From an uncultured Actinomycetota bacterium (GTDB lineage: Bacteria; Actinomycetota; Actinomycetes; Actinomycetales; Microbacteriaceae), in contig CAVOIT010000006.1 in NCBI GenBank assembly GCA_963696115.1, forward strand, positions 180-64,179: a DNA stretch of 64,000 nt. The letters run 5' to 3'. This document shows, in pieces, positions 39,454 to 51,649 of the stretch. Numbering within the stretch: position 1 is the first letter of the stretch; every line of letters begins with the position of its first letter. The position numbers were made by a program, and so were the translations under genes. The notes beneath the pieces are model-generated. The model was not told the DNA's origin. It saw only the letters and a program-made list of their open reading frames with translations, and did no database searches.

Positions 39454-42039
39454 ATGCCCGAGACGAAACGGAAGGCCGGCGGCGCGCTCGGCGGCCTGGC
39501 CGGCCTGGTCGGACTGAGCGCCGTCGCAGGCGTGCTCATCACCGCCACCGTCACGCCCGCCATCGCGGTCACCAGCACCGCCGCATCCAGTGCCATCACC
39601 CTGTTCGACAACCTGCCGAGCGTGCTGGAGATCTCGGACCTGATGGAGCCGACCACGCTCTACGCGAAGGACCCGGGCACCGGCGAGTACGTCGAGATGA
39701 CCTCCTTCTACGACCAGAACCGTTCCCCCGTCACATGGGATGCCGTTGCTCCGGTGATGTACGACGCGATCCTCTCCAGCGAGGACCCGCGGTTCTACGA
39801 GCACGGCGGCATCGATCTGTTCGGGACCACGCGGGCCGTGCTCTCCAACCTGCAGGGCAACGGCGACGTGCAGGGCGGATCGTCGGTGAGCCAGCAGTAC
39901 GTCAAGAACATCCTGATCCAGAAGTGCGAGTGGAACGCGACCGACGACCAGCAGAGGCAGGATTGCTTCATCGCGGCCACGAACTCCACCGGCACGGAGG
40001 GCATCCAGCGCAAGCTGCAGGAGATGCGCTATGCGATCTCGCTGGAGCAGCAGTACTCCAAGAACGACATCCTCCTCGGCTACCTCAACATCGCGAACTT
40101 CGGCGGCATCACCTACGGCATCGACGCCGCAGCGCGGTACTACTACGGCGTCCCGGCTGCGCAGCTGAACCTGGCACAGGCCTCGACCTTGGCCGGCATC
40201 GTCCAGAACCCCAACACGTATCGCATCGACATGCCCGAGGGGTCCACGTCCGACGAAGCCGGCGCACCGGTCAACGGCGCATTCGACGGGTATGCGCTCA
40301 CCAAGCAGCGGCAGGTCTATGTCCTGGACCGGATGCTGGAGGACGGCAAGATCACCCCGGAGCAGCACGACGCGGCCGTCGCCGAGCCGATCACGCCGGT
40401 GATCACCGAGCCGACCCAGGGATGCGCGGCATCCACCGCCCCCTACTTCTGCCAATACGTGGTGTCCGTCATCAAGAACGACCCCGCGTTCGGAGAGACC
40501 CCGGACGATCGTCTCATCGCGCTGCGCCGCGGCGGGCTGAAGGTGTACACCACCCTCGACTGGAACCTGCAGAACTCCGCCGGGGGCACCATGGCCGAAT
40601 ACGCTCCGAGTTCCCTGGAGGGCATGAACTTCGGCGCCGCCTCCGTGAACGTCGAGGTCGCGACCGGTCGGGTGCTGTCGATCACGCAGAACACCCGGTT
40701 CAGCGAGGACGCGGGGCTGGCCGCCGACCCGAACTACTCCTCCCTCGTCTACGCCGGCAATCAGCAGTTCGGCGACTCCAACGGGTTCCCCGCCGGGTCG
40801 ACCTTCAAGATCTTCACTCTTGTCGACTGGCTCGAACAGGGCCGCTCGGTCAACGAGGTCGTCAACGGAGTGAACCGCGTGTTCCCGAGAATGACGAACT
40901 CCTGCAGCGGGGACTGGGTCAACACCTCCGGCACCAAGATCGGCAACTTCGGCGGGGCGGGCGGCTTCGTCGGCACACCGCTGCGCTTCACGTCGGTATC
41001 CCTGAACTCCGGCTTCCTGGCGATGGCGGCCCAGCTGGACCTGTGCGACATCGCGAAAGTCGCCGCGAAGATGGGCGTGACGCTGGGCGACGGCAGCCCG
41101 ATCCCGATGGCGGTCGCTAACGAGGTGATCGGGTCGGACAACGTCTCCCCGCTCGCGATGGCCGGCGCCTACGGCACCGTCGCCAACAACGGCGTCTACT
41201 GCCAGCCCCAGGCCATCGACCGCGTCACCAACGCTGCCGGTGAGGAACTCCCCAAGCCGCAGCGGACCTGCACCCAAGTGCTCACCCCCGAGGTCGCGGC
41301 CACGGCCGCGTACGCGCTGCAGGGCGTGATGAACGGCGGCACCGGCGCGGGAGCCAACCCCTACGACGGCACAGAGCTGATCGGCAAGACCGGTACGCAC
41401 GAGGCGTGGCAGACCTGGATGATCGAATCCAGCACCGCGGTGGCCACCGCGGTCTGGGTGGGCAACTCGATCGGAGAGAACAGCGTGTTCGACCGGTCGG
41501 CGAACGGCCGGCAGGTGTCCAACCTGCGCTACTCGATCGCACGGGATATCCAGGCCCGCGCCGACGAGCTGTTCCCCGGGGGCAGCTTCCCCGACCCGGC
41601 ATCCCAGCTGCTGCGCACGGTGACGAAGGAGCTGCCGAACGTCGTCGGCATGACCGTCGATCGGGCTCAGCAGACGCTGGAGGCCGCCGGGTTCCAGGTC
41701 TCGGTCGGCGACCCGGTGGACTCCGACGCCGCTACCGACATCGTGGCCGCGCAGAACCCTGCCGGGGGGTCCGCGCCGGGCGGGTCCGTGATCACGATCA
41801 ACCCCAGCAACGGCCTCGGCGTGCGCACCCCCGTTCCCGCCGTGGCCGGGATGAAGCTGGAGGAGGCTCGCGCCGCCGTGTCCGCGGCGGGACTGTCCCC
41901 GACGACGGGAACGTGCACGGCGGAACCGACACTGGGCGAAGGCAACGCCCGCGCCATCGGGACGGACCCCGCCGCCGGCACGCCGGTACGGCTGGGCAGC
42001 TCCGTCGCGATCGGGTACGCCAAGAAGACGTGCCCCTGA
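39454..42039 (+). CDS. ponA: Class A penicillin-binding protein with PASTA domains (PonA2-like)
   Basis: EDPRFYEHGG, GGSSVSQQYVKN, STFK, SLN, KTG, C-terminal LPNVVG and VPAVAG repeats; TAGCAT -10 suggests a leaderless start. Confidence 0.92.
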   Translation: MPETKRKAGGALGGLAGLVGLSAVAGVLITATVTPAIAVTSTAASSAITLFDNLPSVLEISDLMEPTTLYAKDPGTGEYVEMTSFYDQNRSPVTWDAVAPVMYDAILSSEDPRFYEHGGIDLFGTTRAVLSNLQGNGDVQGGSSVSQQYVKNILIQKCEWNATDDQQRQDCFIAATNSTGTEGIQRKLQEMRYAISLEQQYSKNDILLGYLNIANFGGITYGIDAAARYYYGVPAAQLNLAQASTLAGIVQNPNTYRIDMPEGSTSDEAGAPVNGAFDGYALTKQRQVYVLDRMLEDGKITPEQHDAAVAEPITPVITEPTQGCAASTAPYFCQYVVSVIKNDPAFGETPDDRLIALRRGGLKVYTTLDWNLQNSAGGTMAEYAPSSLEGMNFGAASVNVEVATGRVLSITQNTRFSEDAGLAADPNYSSLVYAGNQQFGDSNGFPAGSTFKIFTLVDWLEQGRSVNEVVNGVNRVFPRMTNSCSGDWVNTSGTKIGNFGGAGGFVGTPLRFTSVSLNSGFLAMAAQLDLCDIAKVAAKMGVTLGDGSPIPMAVANEVIGSDNVSPLAMAGAYGTVANNGVYCQPQAIDRVTNAAGEELPKPQRTCTQVLTPEVAATAAYALQGVMNGGTGAGANPYDGTELIGKTGTHEAWQTWMIESSTAVATAVWVGNSIGENSVFDRSANGRQVSNLRYSIARDIQARADELFPGGSFPDPASQLLRTVTKELPNVVGMTVDRAQQTLEAAGFQVSVGDPVDSDAATDIVAAQNPAGGSAPGGSVITINPSNGLGVRTPVPAVAGMKLEEARAAVSAAGLSPTTGTCTAEPTLGEGNARAIGTDPAAGTPVRLGSSVAIGYAKKTCP

Positions 42040-42950
42040 TCCGCGCCACGGCGCGGATGGTGGTGCTGGGCGCCGCAGCGGCTGCCGTGTGGGGCATCGG
42101 CGTGGAGCGACACCTCTACACGGTGCGTCGGCACACCGCAGCCGTCCTGCCGCCGGGCGCGGCCACGCTGCGCGTGCTCCACCTGTCCGATCTCCATATG
42201 GCACCGTGGCAGCACCGCAAGCAGGACTGGGTGGCCGGCCTGAGGGACCTGTCTCCGGACCTGGTGGTCAACACCGGCGACAACCTCGGGCACCCCGGCG
42301 CGCTGCCCGGCGTCGCCCGAGCCCTCGCGCCGTTCCGCGGGGTTCCGGGAGTGTTCGTGCACGGCTCCAACGACGTGTGGGCGCCCTCGCCGCGCAACCC
42401 GCTGAGGTATCTGTCCGGCCCGTCCGTGCGTCCCCCGAAGGAGCGCCCGCTCGACACGGCCGCGCTGGACCGCTGGCTGACGGACGAGCTCGGGTGGGCG
42501 GATGTCGACAATGCGACTGCCGCCCTGACGGCCGGTGGCATCCGCGTCGCCGCTTTCGGCGTCGACGACGCCCACCGCGGTTGGGATGACCTGCCGACCG
42601 TCGCCGCGCTGCGGCGCTTGGACGCGCACCCGGACGGCGCGGAGGTGACCCTCGGCGTCACCCATGCGCCGTACCGGCGGGTGCTCGATGCGTTCACCGA
42701 CCTCGGTGCCGACATCCTGTTCGCGGGGCACACGCACGGGGGCCAGGTGCGGGTACCGCTCGTGCGGCGCGCGCTGGTGGCCAACTGCGACCTCCCGTTG
42801 GATCAGGCGCGCGGCTTGAGCACCTGGCAGCACGCAGGACGCCGCATCCCGCTGAACGTCAGCGCCGGGATCGGCACGTCCATCTACGCTCCCGTGCGAT
42901 TCGGATGCCGCCCCGAGGCCTCGCTGGTGACGCTGATCCCGTCCGCGTGA
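42030..42950 (+). CDS. Metallophosphoesterase
   Basis: HLSDLH, NTGDN, GSND, HAP, AGHTHGGQ; start uncertain (42030 or 42057). Confidence 0.88.
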   Translation: MPLIRATARMVVLGAAAAAVWGIGVERHLYTVRRHTAAVLPPGAATLRVLHLSDLHMAPWQHRKQDWVAGLRDLSPDLVVNTGDNLGHPGALPGVARALAPFRGVPGVFVHGSNDVWAPSPRNPLRYLSGPSVRPPKERPLDTAALDRWLTDELGWADVDNATAALTAGGIRVAAFGVDDAHRGWDDLPTVAALRRLDAHPDGAEVTLGVTHAPYRRVLDAFTDLGADILFAGHTHGGQVRVPLVRRALVANCDLPLDQARGLSTWQHAGRRIPLNVSAGIGTSIYAPVRFGCRPEASLVTLIPSA

Positions 42951-43040
42951 CGCCACCCATCCTCCCCAGCACACCGAGCCCCCCGGACGCATCCACAGGG
43001 CGCGGCGCCGGGCGGGACCGCCGAGTCGCGACGGCGAACG

Positions 43041-45533
43041 ATGGCCGCCATGAAGCGCCTGTTCGCCGTGCTCGCCGTGCTCGCCGCCACTCTCGCCGGT
43101 GCCGTTGTCGCCGGTCTCCCCGCCCGGGCCGCATCCCCCGGCAGCGGGTTCGGGTCCTGGGGCCCGTGGACGCCGTACGGCTGGCACGGCTCGATGATGG
43201 TGGGCGACCTGCACACCTACTGCATCCTCCCCGGACGAGCCCTCCCCACCGGGGCGAGCGAGGACCGCGGCATCAGCGCCGACGCGGCCGGGCTGAACGC
43301 GCAGCAGCTGACCGCGATCAACATGCTGGTGTCCACCTATGGTCAGACGAGCGACCCGGTCGAGGCCGCCGCCGTGGGGTGGGCGGTGAAGGCGATCGCG
43401 AACTGGGACGAGACGCTGCACCACTTCGGGTATGGCGGCGACCGGCTGGAGGGCGCGATCGACTGGGTCTTCTCACGCATCGCACCGGAGCACAGTGCCG
43501 CCGTTCAGCAGCGTGCGGCGGCGCTGTACGCGGAGGGGATGGGGGTCGCCGCCGCGCCGCCCGCGGCATCCGGGTCGCTGGTGTTCGCGGTGGACCCGCT
43601 CGACCCGCTCGCCGGCACGATGACCGTGGCGGCGGATGTTCCGGGTGCGAGCGGGGAGGTGAGGCTGACCGGCGCGGTCTTCTCCGACACCGGCGCCGAC
43701 GTGCGCGGCGACGTCACGGCGGGGTCCGTGTATCCCATCCGGGCGATCCTGCCGGACGGGGCCACGGCCGTCTCGGTCAGCGGAACCGGGATGCTGCGCG
43801 GCGGGTTCCGGGCCGCCGTCCACCACTTCACCACCCCGGGCGGGCAGGACACGGCAGGACCGGCCGGCGCCGTGGAGATCCCGGTGGCGGGCGCGGATCA
43901 GGCGCCGCGAGAGACCACCTTCGCCCCGGTCATCACCACGCAGGTCGCAGCACGGTACGCCGCGCAGGGCGGCTACGTCGACGACGTAGCGTTCGCCTCG
44001 GCGCGCGGTTCCTGGGCGCGCACGCCCGACGGCGGCTACCTGCCGGTCACGGCGACCGCGACCGTTTTCCGCACCGATTCCGAGCCACCGGCCTCCACGA
44101 CGGTGCCGGCGGATGCCGAGCCGGTCGGGAGCCTCACGGTCACGACCGATGCGGCGGCGGGGCCGACGGTGCCGTACCGGGTCGCGTCGGACTGGATGCT
44201 GCCCGGCCCCGGGTTCTTCACCGCCGTGTGGCGGATCGACGCGGATGCTCAGTCGGCGCCGACGCGGGGGGCGCTGGACGCCGGCTACTCCTGGGTGGAG
44301 GCGTTCGGGGAGCCGTCGCAGGTGATGGTGATGCCCGCCGTCGCCTCCGCCGCCGACCCGGTCGCCGCCGTGGGCGGGCCGATGAGCGACCTGGTGATCG
44401 CCGCCGCGGCCGTGCCCTCGGGGGGCCTGGATCTGAGCGCCGCCGTGTACCGGGTGCCGGACGGGTCGGCGCCGGCCGATGCCTGTGTGGACGCCAACCT
44501 GGTCTGGTCGGGGTATGACGCGCCGACGCGGGTGACAGGGCCGGGATCGGCGGTGGTGACCGCCCCCGCTGTGCCGGACTTCGGAGTGTACGTCTGGGTG
44601 GAGCGGGCCGTGGACGCCCAGGGGCGCCTGGTTCACATGGGCGCGTGCGGGATGGAGCACGAGACGACCCGCGCCCCGTTGCCGGCGGTCACGACCACGG
44701 CGCCGGAGTCGGCGGAGGTGGGCGGGACGATGTCCGATCGGGCGGCCATCTCCGGTCCGGTGCCGGTGATCGGGGCGACCGAGCTGACGTTCCAGGTGTT
44801 CCGCGCGCCCGACGGCATCCCTCCGGAGCAAGCGTGCACCCCCGAGACGATGGTCGCCGACACGACGGCGGCGCCGGTGCCGGTCGCCGCCGCGGGCGAG
44901 TACGTCTCCCCAGCGGTTCCGGTGACCGGGTCCGGGATCCACTACTGGATCGAGCAGTTGTGGTTCACGCCTCCCGACGGTCAGCGCCGCCTGTTGAGCC
45001 AGGGTGCGTGCGGAGCGCCGGGCGAGACGACCCGGGTCGCCGCGCCGGCTATCGTCACATCTGCGGTCCAGCGGGCAGCGACCGGCGAGCCGTACCATGA
45101 CACCGCGACGGTGACCGGGCTGGCAGCGGGGGCCGATGCGGACCTGGTGTTCAGCGTGTTCCACGCCGAGCCGGGCGAGCCGCCGGTCTGCACCGACGCG
45201 ACCCGGGAGACGGTGACGGAACCCCTGCCTGTGACCGGTGCTGGCGATTATCGCTCCGCGAGCGTGGTCTCCACCCGGCCGGGGGTGAAGCTGTGGGTGG
45301 CGCAGTTGCGGTACCGTCCCGCCCCGAGCGCGGAGCCGGTGGTGCTCGCCACCGGGGAATGCGGCGCCGGCGGCGAGACCACGCATGTCGATCTGCTGGC
45401 GACGACCGGCGCCGGGTGGATGCTGCCGCTCGTGGGCACCGGCGGTGCTGCCGCGGTCCTGGCCGGCTCACTGGCGGTGGCCCGTGCACGCCCGAGTCGC
45501 ATGCGGTTCGGGGGCATCGGTCGCGCGCGTTAG
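43041..45533 (+). CDS. Sortase-anchored surface protein with repeated Ig-like domains
   Basis: Signal peptide (..PARA/AS), three repeats ending CGxxxETT, C-terminal LATTG plus TM plus basic tail. Confidence 0.8.
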   Translation: MAAMKRLFAVLAVLAATLAGAVVAGLPARAASPGSGFGSWGPWTPYGWHGSMMVGDLHTYCILPGRALPTGASEDRGISADAAGLNAQQLTAINMLVSTYGQTSDPVEAAAVGWAVKAIANWDETLHHFGYGGDRLEGAIDWVFSRIAPEHSAAVQQRAAALYAEGMGVAAAPPAASGSLVFAVDPLDPLAGTMTVAADVPGASGEVRLTGAVFSDTGADVRGDVTAGSVYPIRAILPDGATAVSVSGTGMLRGGFRAAVHHFTTPGGQDTAGPAGAVEIPVAGADQAPRETTFAPVITTQVAARYAAQGGYVDDVAFASARGSWARTPDGGYLPVTATATVFRTDSEPPASTTVPADAEPVGSLTVTTDAAAGPTVPYRVASDWMLPGPGFFTAVWRIDADAQSAPTRGALDAGYSWVEAFGEPSQVMVMPAVASAADPVAAVGGPMSDLVIAAAAVPSGGLDLSAAVYRVPDGSAPADACVDANLVWSGYDAPTRVTGPGSAVVTAPAVPDFGVYVWVERAVDAQGRLVHMGACGMEHETTRAPLPAVTTTAPESAEVGGTMSDRAAISGPVPVIGATELTFQVFRAPDGIPPEQACTPETMVADTTAAPVPVAAAGEYVSPAVPVTGSGIHYWIEQLWFTPPDGQRRLLSQGACGAPGETTRVAAPAIVTSAVQRAATGEPYHDTATVTGLAAGADADLVFSVFHAEPGEPPVCTDATRETVTEPLPVTGAGDYRSASVVSTRPGVKLWVAQLRYRPAPSAEPVVLATGECGAGGETTHVDLLATTGAGWMLPLVGTGGAAAVLAGSLAVARARPSRMRFGGIGRAR

Positions 45534-45549
45534 ACTCGTCGGGTTGCCA

Positions 45550-45623
<74 letters not shown>

Positions 45624-45687
45624 CTTGGTTGGTACGCCGTTCGGCGGGCTCGCGGGAGGCGAGCACCGTGACGCTGCTGGAGGCCCG

Positions 45688-46452
45688 ATGACCCCGCCGG
45701 AACTGGTCGCGTTCGATCTGGACGACACGCTCGCGCCGTCCAAGAGCGCGGTGGATGCGCGGATGGCAGACCTGCTGGTCGACCTGGCTGCGCGCGTGCC
45801 GGTCGCGATCATCTCGGGCGGCCAGTTGGGGCAGTTCCGCGCACAGGTGGTCAACCGGCTGCCGGCGGCGCCGCCGGAGGTGCTCGCCCGGTTTCATCTG
45901 CTGCCCACGTGCGGTACGCAGTACTACCGCCTCACTCCGGGGGGCGTCGCGGCCGTGTATGCGCACGCCCTGAGCGACGACGAGAAGTCCCGCGCCTTCG
46001 TCGCCCTCGAGGAGGAGGCTCGCCGACTGGGACTGTGGGAGAGTCGGACGTGGGGGCCGATCGTGGAGGATCGGGGATCGCAGATCACGTTCTCCGCGCT
46101 GGGGCAGCAGGCCCCGCTGGACGCCAAGACGGCATGGGATCCCACGGGGGCCAAGAAGAATGCGCTGCGCGCCGCGGTCGCCGCACGGCTGCCCGATCTC
46201 GAGGTGCGCTCAGGCGGATCCACGTCGGTGGACATCACACACCGGGGCATCGACAAGGCTTATGGGATGCGGCAACTGGCGGAGCAGACCGGCATCCCGC
46301 TGTCGGGGATGCTGTTCGTCGGCGACCGGCTCGATCCCGACGGCAACGACTATCCGGTGATGGCGCTCGGGGTTCCCTGCCAGGCGGTGACCGGCTGGGA
46401 GGACACGGCGCAGTTCCTCGAGCAGTTGGTGCCGACGCTGCCGAGGCTGTGA
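45688..46452 (+). CDS. HAD-IIB hydrolase (phosphomannomutase-like)
   Basis: FDLDDTLA, ISGG, EDRGSQITFSALG, FVGD...GNDY. Confidence 0.85.
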   Translation: MTPPELVAFDLDDTLAPSKSAVDARMADLLVDLAARVPVAIISGGQLGQFRAQVVNRLPAAPPEVLARFHLLPTCGTQYYRLTPGGVAAVYAHALSDDEKSRAFVALEEEARRLGLWESRTWGPIVEDRGSQITFSALGQQAPLDAKTAWDPTGAKKNALRAAVAARLPDLEVRSGGSTSVDITHRGIDKAYGMRQLAEQTGIPLSGMLFVGDRLDPDGNDYPVMALGVPCQAVTGWEDTAQFLEQLVPTLPRL

Positions 46453-46461
46453 CGGCCCGCC

Positions 46462-47100
46462 TCAGCCCAGGCGGCCGCCCGATTCCCGCAGGTAGCACTG
46501 CGCGCACAGCGACTCGTACGTCACCCGTTCGGCGCTGAGCTCGTCGATGGCGACCTGGTCACCCTCGAAAACGAACCGGCCGCCCGACAGCCGGGCGTTG
46601 ACGATCGCCTTCCGCCCGCAGCGGCAGATGGTCTTCAACTCCTCCAGGCTGTGGGCGATTTCCAGCAGCCGCGCCGAGCCGGGGAACGCGTGCGTGCGGA
46701 AGTCCGTGCGGATGCCGTACGCCAGCACGGGCACGTCGTCCTGCACCGCGATGCGCAGCAGGTCGTCGACCTGCGCGCGCGTCAGGAACTGGGCTTCGTC
46801 GATGAGGAGGCACGCCACGTCCGCGCCCGCCTCGGGCACGAGCGCATCGGCTCCCGCCCGCCGGACGGCATCCCGGTGCCGGTCGAACACGGCCCGCAGA
46901 TCGGCGCCCGGGGGGATCAGGAAGTCGACGTCCCGGGTCAGTCCCAGACGGCTGGAGATCCGGTCGGCGTCCTTCGTGTCGATGGCGGGCTTGGCCAGCA
47001 GCACGTGCTGGCCGCGCTCCTCGTAGTTGTACGCGGCTTGAAGGAGTGCCGTGGACTTCCCGGAGTTCATCGCTCCGTACCGGAAGTACAGCTTGGCCAC
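46462..47100 (-). CDS. tdk: Thymidine kinase
   Basis: GAMNSGKST, IDEAQF, ICRCGRKA, YESLC. Confidence 0.94.
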   Translation of the reverse strand: MAKLYFRYGAMNSGKSTALLQAAYNYEERGQHVLLAKPAIDTKDADRISSRLGLTRDVDFLIPPGADLRAVFDRHRDAVRRAGADALVPEAGADVACLLIDEAQFLTRAQVDDLLRIAVQDDVPVLAYGIRTDFRTHAFPGSARLLEIAHSLEELKTICRCGRKAIVNARLSGGRFVFEGDQVAIDELSAERVTYESLCAQCYLRESGGRLG

Positions 47101-47117
47101 GGGCGTGCCGCTCAGCT

Positions 47118-48578
47118 TCAGGCGGTCAGGCCCAGCACCCGCGCCGTGCGCGCGGTGGTCTCCCGGGCGGTCTCCGGGTCGTCATTGAGGGTGCGCCCGT
47201 AGCTGGGGATCAGCTCCTGCAGGCGCGGCCGCCACTGGTCGATCCGGTCGGGGAAGCAGTCCGCGAGCAGGCCCAGCATGATGGACACGGCGGTGGATGC
47301 TCCCGGCGATGCCCCGAGGAGTCCGGCGATGGTGCCGTCGGCGGAAGAGACCACCTCCGTCCCGAATTGCAGGGTTCCGCCCTTCATCACCTGCGCGCGC
47401 TGACCGGCGTTGAGCAATTCCCAGTCCTCCGACCGGGCGGTCGGCATGAACTCGCGGAGGCTCTCGATCTTGCGGGCGCGGGTCTTGAGCAACTCGGACA
47501 CCAGGTACTGCAGCAGGTCCAGATTCGTGAACGCGACCTTCAGCATGCTGAAGACGTTGCTGAGTCGCACTTGGGTGACCAGGTCCCACATCGACCCTGT
47601 CTTCAGGAACTTCGGGCTGAACGTCGCGAACGGCCCGAACAGTAGAGACGTATCCCCGTCGACCACCCGCGTGTCCAGGTGGGGCACCGACATCGGCGGC
47701 GCACCGACGGGCGCCTGCGCATACACCTTCGCCTTGTGCTGCGCGACGAGCGCCGGATCGCTGGTCCTCAGCCACTGACCACCGATAGGGAAGACACCGA
47801 AACCGGTGATCTCGGGGATGCGGGACTTCTGCAGCAGCTTGATGGCCCAGCCGCCGGCACCGACGAACACGAACTTCGCGTTCACGCGGCCCGGCGAGCG
47901 CCCGATCACGTTGCGGTACCGCACTTCCCACGATCCGTCTCGCAACTGCTTCAGACCTCGAACCTCGCGCTCGGTCACGATCTGCGCCCCCGCGGTCTTG
48001 AGCGCCGCCATCATCTGTCGGGTGAGGGACCCGAAGTCGACGTCGGTACCGCTGGGGGCGCGGGTCGCCGCGAACGGCTCGTCGCTGCGGCGCCGCTGCT
48101 GCATCAGCAGCGGCGCCCACTGGTTGATCACGCGGGAATCGTCGCTGAACTCGATCCCCTCGAATAGCGGCTGAGTGCGCAGGGTCTCGTACCGGCGGCG
48201 GAGGTAGTCCACGTCCTTCTCTCCGCGCACGAACGTCATGTGGGGTGTGGAGTTGATGAAGGACGAGGGCTCGCCCAGAATGCCGCGTTCGACCAGCGCG
48301 GACCAGAACTGCCTGCTCTGCTGGAACTGCTCGTTGATGGCTATCGCCTTCGCCGGGTCCAGCGAGCCGTCCGGTCCGGGGGGCATGTAGTTCAGCTCGC
48401 AGAGCGCCGAATGGCCGGTGCCGGCGTTGTTCCACGCGTTGGAACTCTCCTCCGCCGGTTCCCGGAGCCGCTCGTAGACGGAGATCGTCCAATCCGGCTG
48501 CAATTGCTGCAGGAAGGTCCCCAGGGTGGCGCTCATGATGCCGCCGCCGATGAGCAGCGCGTCGACGGTTTCGGTCAC
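47118..48578 (-). CDS. mqo: Malate:quinone oxidoreductase
   Basis: GGGIMSATL, WNNAGTGHSALCELNY, PPMSVPHLDTR, LGASPGAS. Confidence 0.95.
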   Translation of the reverse strand: MTETVDALLIGGGIMSATLGTFLQQLQPDWTISVYERLREPAEESSNAWNNAGTGHSALCELNYMPPGPDGSLDPAKAIAINEQFQQSRQFWSALVERGILGEPSSFINSTPHMTFVRGEKDVDYLRRRYETLRTQPLFEGIEFSDDSRVINQWAPLLMQQRRRSDEPFAATRAPSGTDVDFGSLTRQMMAALKTAGAQIVTEREVRGLKQLRDGSWEVRYRNVIGRSPGRVNAKFVFVGAGGWAIKLLQKSRIPEITGFGVFPIGGQWLRTSDPALVAQHKAKVYAQAPVGAPPMSVPHLDTRVVDGDTSLLFGPFATFSPKFLKTGSMWDLVTQVRLSNVFSMLKVAFTNLDLLQYLVSELLKTRARKIESLREFMPTARSEDWELLNAGQRAQVMKGGTLQFGTEVVSSADGTIAGLLGASPGASTAVSIMLGLLADCFPDRIDQWRPRLQELIPSYGRTLNDDPETARETTARTARVLGLTA

Positions 48579-48633
48579 CCGCCAAGTCTAGTTCGCGGGC
48601 GGATTCCTGCCGTGCCGCCCGGGCGGTGGCAGG

Positions 48634-49722
<1,089 letters not shown>

Positions 49723-51006
49723 TCAGCGCCCGGTGCCGGCGTGGACCACCGCTTCGTCGTCACCGTCCAGGCCGTACGCCGTGTGCACCACGCGCGCCGC
49801 CTCAGCGAGATCGTTCGCGCGCACGACAACCGAGATGCGGATCTCGCTCGTGGAGATCATCTCGATGTTGATGCCCGCCGCGCTGAGAGCTTCGAACAGG
49901 GTCGCCGAGACCCCGGAGTGACTGCGCATGCCCGCGCCGACCACCGACAGCTTGCCGATCTGGTCATCGTGGATCAGACTCTCGAACCCGACGGTCTCCT
50001 GCGCCGCGGCAAGGGCCTTCAGGGCCGCCGGCGAATCCGTCTTCGGGAGTGTGAACGAGATGTCGGTGCGGCCTGTCGCGGCTGCCGAGACGTTCTGCAC
50101 GATCATGTCGACGTTCGCGCCAGAGCGGGCCACGATGGTGAAGATCTCCGCCGCCTTGCCTGGGACGTCCGGCACGCCGAGCACGGTGATCTTCGCCTGC
50201 GCGAGATCGGTGGCGACCCCCGCCACGATCGGTTCCTCCATGTGCACTCCCTTCGCGACGTGCTCCGGCCGAATGCCGCTGCCAACCCAGGTGCCGTCGG
50301 CCGAGCTAAAGGTCGAGCGCGCGTGGATCAGCACCCCGTGCCGGCGGGCGTATTCTACTGCGCGTATATATAGCACTTTCGCGCCGTTGGCTGCGAGTTC
50401 GAGCATCTCCTCGCTCGAGATCCGCGGGAGCTTGCGAGCGCGCGGCACCACCCGCGGGTCGGCGGTGAATACCCCGTCCACGTCGCTGTAGATCTCGCAG
50501 ACGTCGGCGTCCAGCGCAGCGGCCAGCGCCACCGCGGTGGTGTCGGATCCGCCGCGACCGAGCGTCGTGATGTCGCGGGTGTCCCGGTTGAAGCCCTGGA
50601 ACCCGGCGACGATGCAGATGGCGCCCTCGTCGAGCGCCTCCCGCAGCCGGAAGGGGGTCACGTCCACGATGCGGGCGGCGCCGTGGGTGGCATCGGTGAT
50701 CATCCCAGCCTGGCTGCCCGTGAACGAGCGGGCTTCGAAGCCCATCGAATGGATGGCCATAGCGACCAGTGCCATCGAGATCCGCTCCCCCGACGAGAGC
50801 AGCATGTCCAGTTCCCGCGGCGCGGGGATCGGCGTCACCTGTGCGGCAAGGTCCAGCAGTTCGTCGGTGGTGTCCCCCATCGCGCTGATCGCTACGACGA
50901 CGTCGTTGCCGGCGCGGCGGGTCTCGACGATGCGGGATGCGACCCGGCGGATCCCTTCTGCGTCGGCGACCGAGGAACCGCCGTACTTCTGCACGATCAG
51001 CGCCAC
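49723..51006 (-). CDS. ask: Aspartate kinase
   Basis: [22 protein letters not shown], two ACT domains, internal MEEP start of the beta subunit. Confidence 0.96.
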   Translation of the reverse strand: MALIVQKYGGSSVADAEGIRRVASRIVETRRAGNDVVVAISAMGDTTDELLDLAAQVTPIPAPRELDMLLSSGERISMALVAMAIHSMGFEARSFTGSQAGMITDATHGAARIVDVTPFRLREALDEGAICIVAGFQGFNRDTRDITTLGRGGSDTTAVALAAALDADVCEIYSDVDGVFTADPRVVPRARKLPRISSEEMLELAANGAKVLYIRAVEYARRHGVLIHARSTFSSADGTWVGSGIRPEHVAKGVHMEEPIVAGVATDLAQAKITVLGVPDVPGKAAEIFTIVARSGANVDMIVQNVSAAATGRTDISFTLPKTDSPAALKALAAAQETVGFESLIHDDQIGKLSVVGAGMRSHSGVSATLFEALSAAGINIEMISTSEIRISVVVRANDLAEAARVVHTAYGLDGDDEAVVHAGTGR

Positions 51007-51144
51007 TGTGGAACTCCCGGGGTGGGTGCGCCAAGCGGCGCGGAAGGCGGACCCTGCCGTCCGACCCACCCATCATAGGGTCGCCCGGACGGCACGTCCG
51101 TCGCCGTTACGCGGTCGGCGCGGCAGGTCGATACGCTGACGGTC

Positions 51145-51636
51145 ATGAATGCTGCCGCGACGGGATGGTCGGAGTTCTTCGTCGCGATGGCAGGCGCGAC
51201 GGCGGCACTGGCGGGCCTGATCATCGTGGGCATGTCGGTGAACATCGAGAAGATCCTGCAGTCGCGGTCGATCCCGGCACGGGCTGCCGCGGCGATCGGC
51301 GCGCTGACGCTGGCGGTGGCCACCTCGTGCCTGGGGTTGGTGCCGGGTCAGCCGATGTGGATGTTCGGACTCGAAGTGATCGCCGGCGCTGTCGCGCTGT
51401 GGGCGCTGTGGGCCGCGACGCTGCGGGCCGTCCTGACGGACGCGGCGCCGGGTCGGCCAGCGTTCCCGCGCTACATCATCGCGGCGGTCGCGCCGGCTCT
51501 GTTCACCGTGGCCGGCGGGATGCTGCTCGCCGGGTCTGCCCCCGCAGGACTCGGATGGCTGGCGGCGGCGAGCGTGGTGTCGATCGTCGCGGGCGTTCTG
51601 TTCGCGTGGATCGCGCTGGTGGAGATCCTGCGCTGA
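51145..51636 (+). CDS. Hypothetical multi-TM membrane protein
   Basis: WSEFFVAMAGATAALAGLIIVGMSVN...AWIALVEILR; TACGCT -10, leaderless. Confidence 0.75.
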   Translation: MNAAATGWSEFFVAMAGATAALAGLIIVGMSVNIEKILQSRSIPARAAAAIGALTLAVATSCLGLVPGQPMWMFGLEVIAGAVALWALWAATLRAVLTDAAPGRPAFPRYIIAAVAPALFTVAGGMLLAGSAPAGLGWLAAASVVSIVAGVLFAWIALVEILR

Positions 51637-51649
51637 GCCGCCGGTGCGA

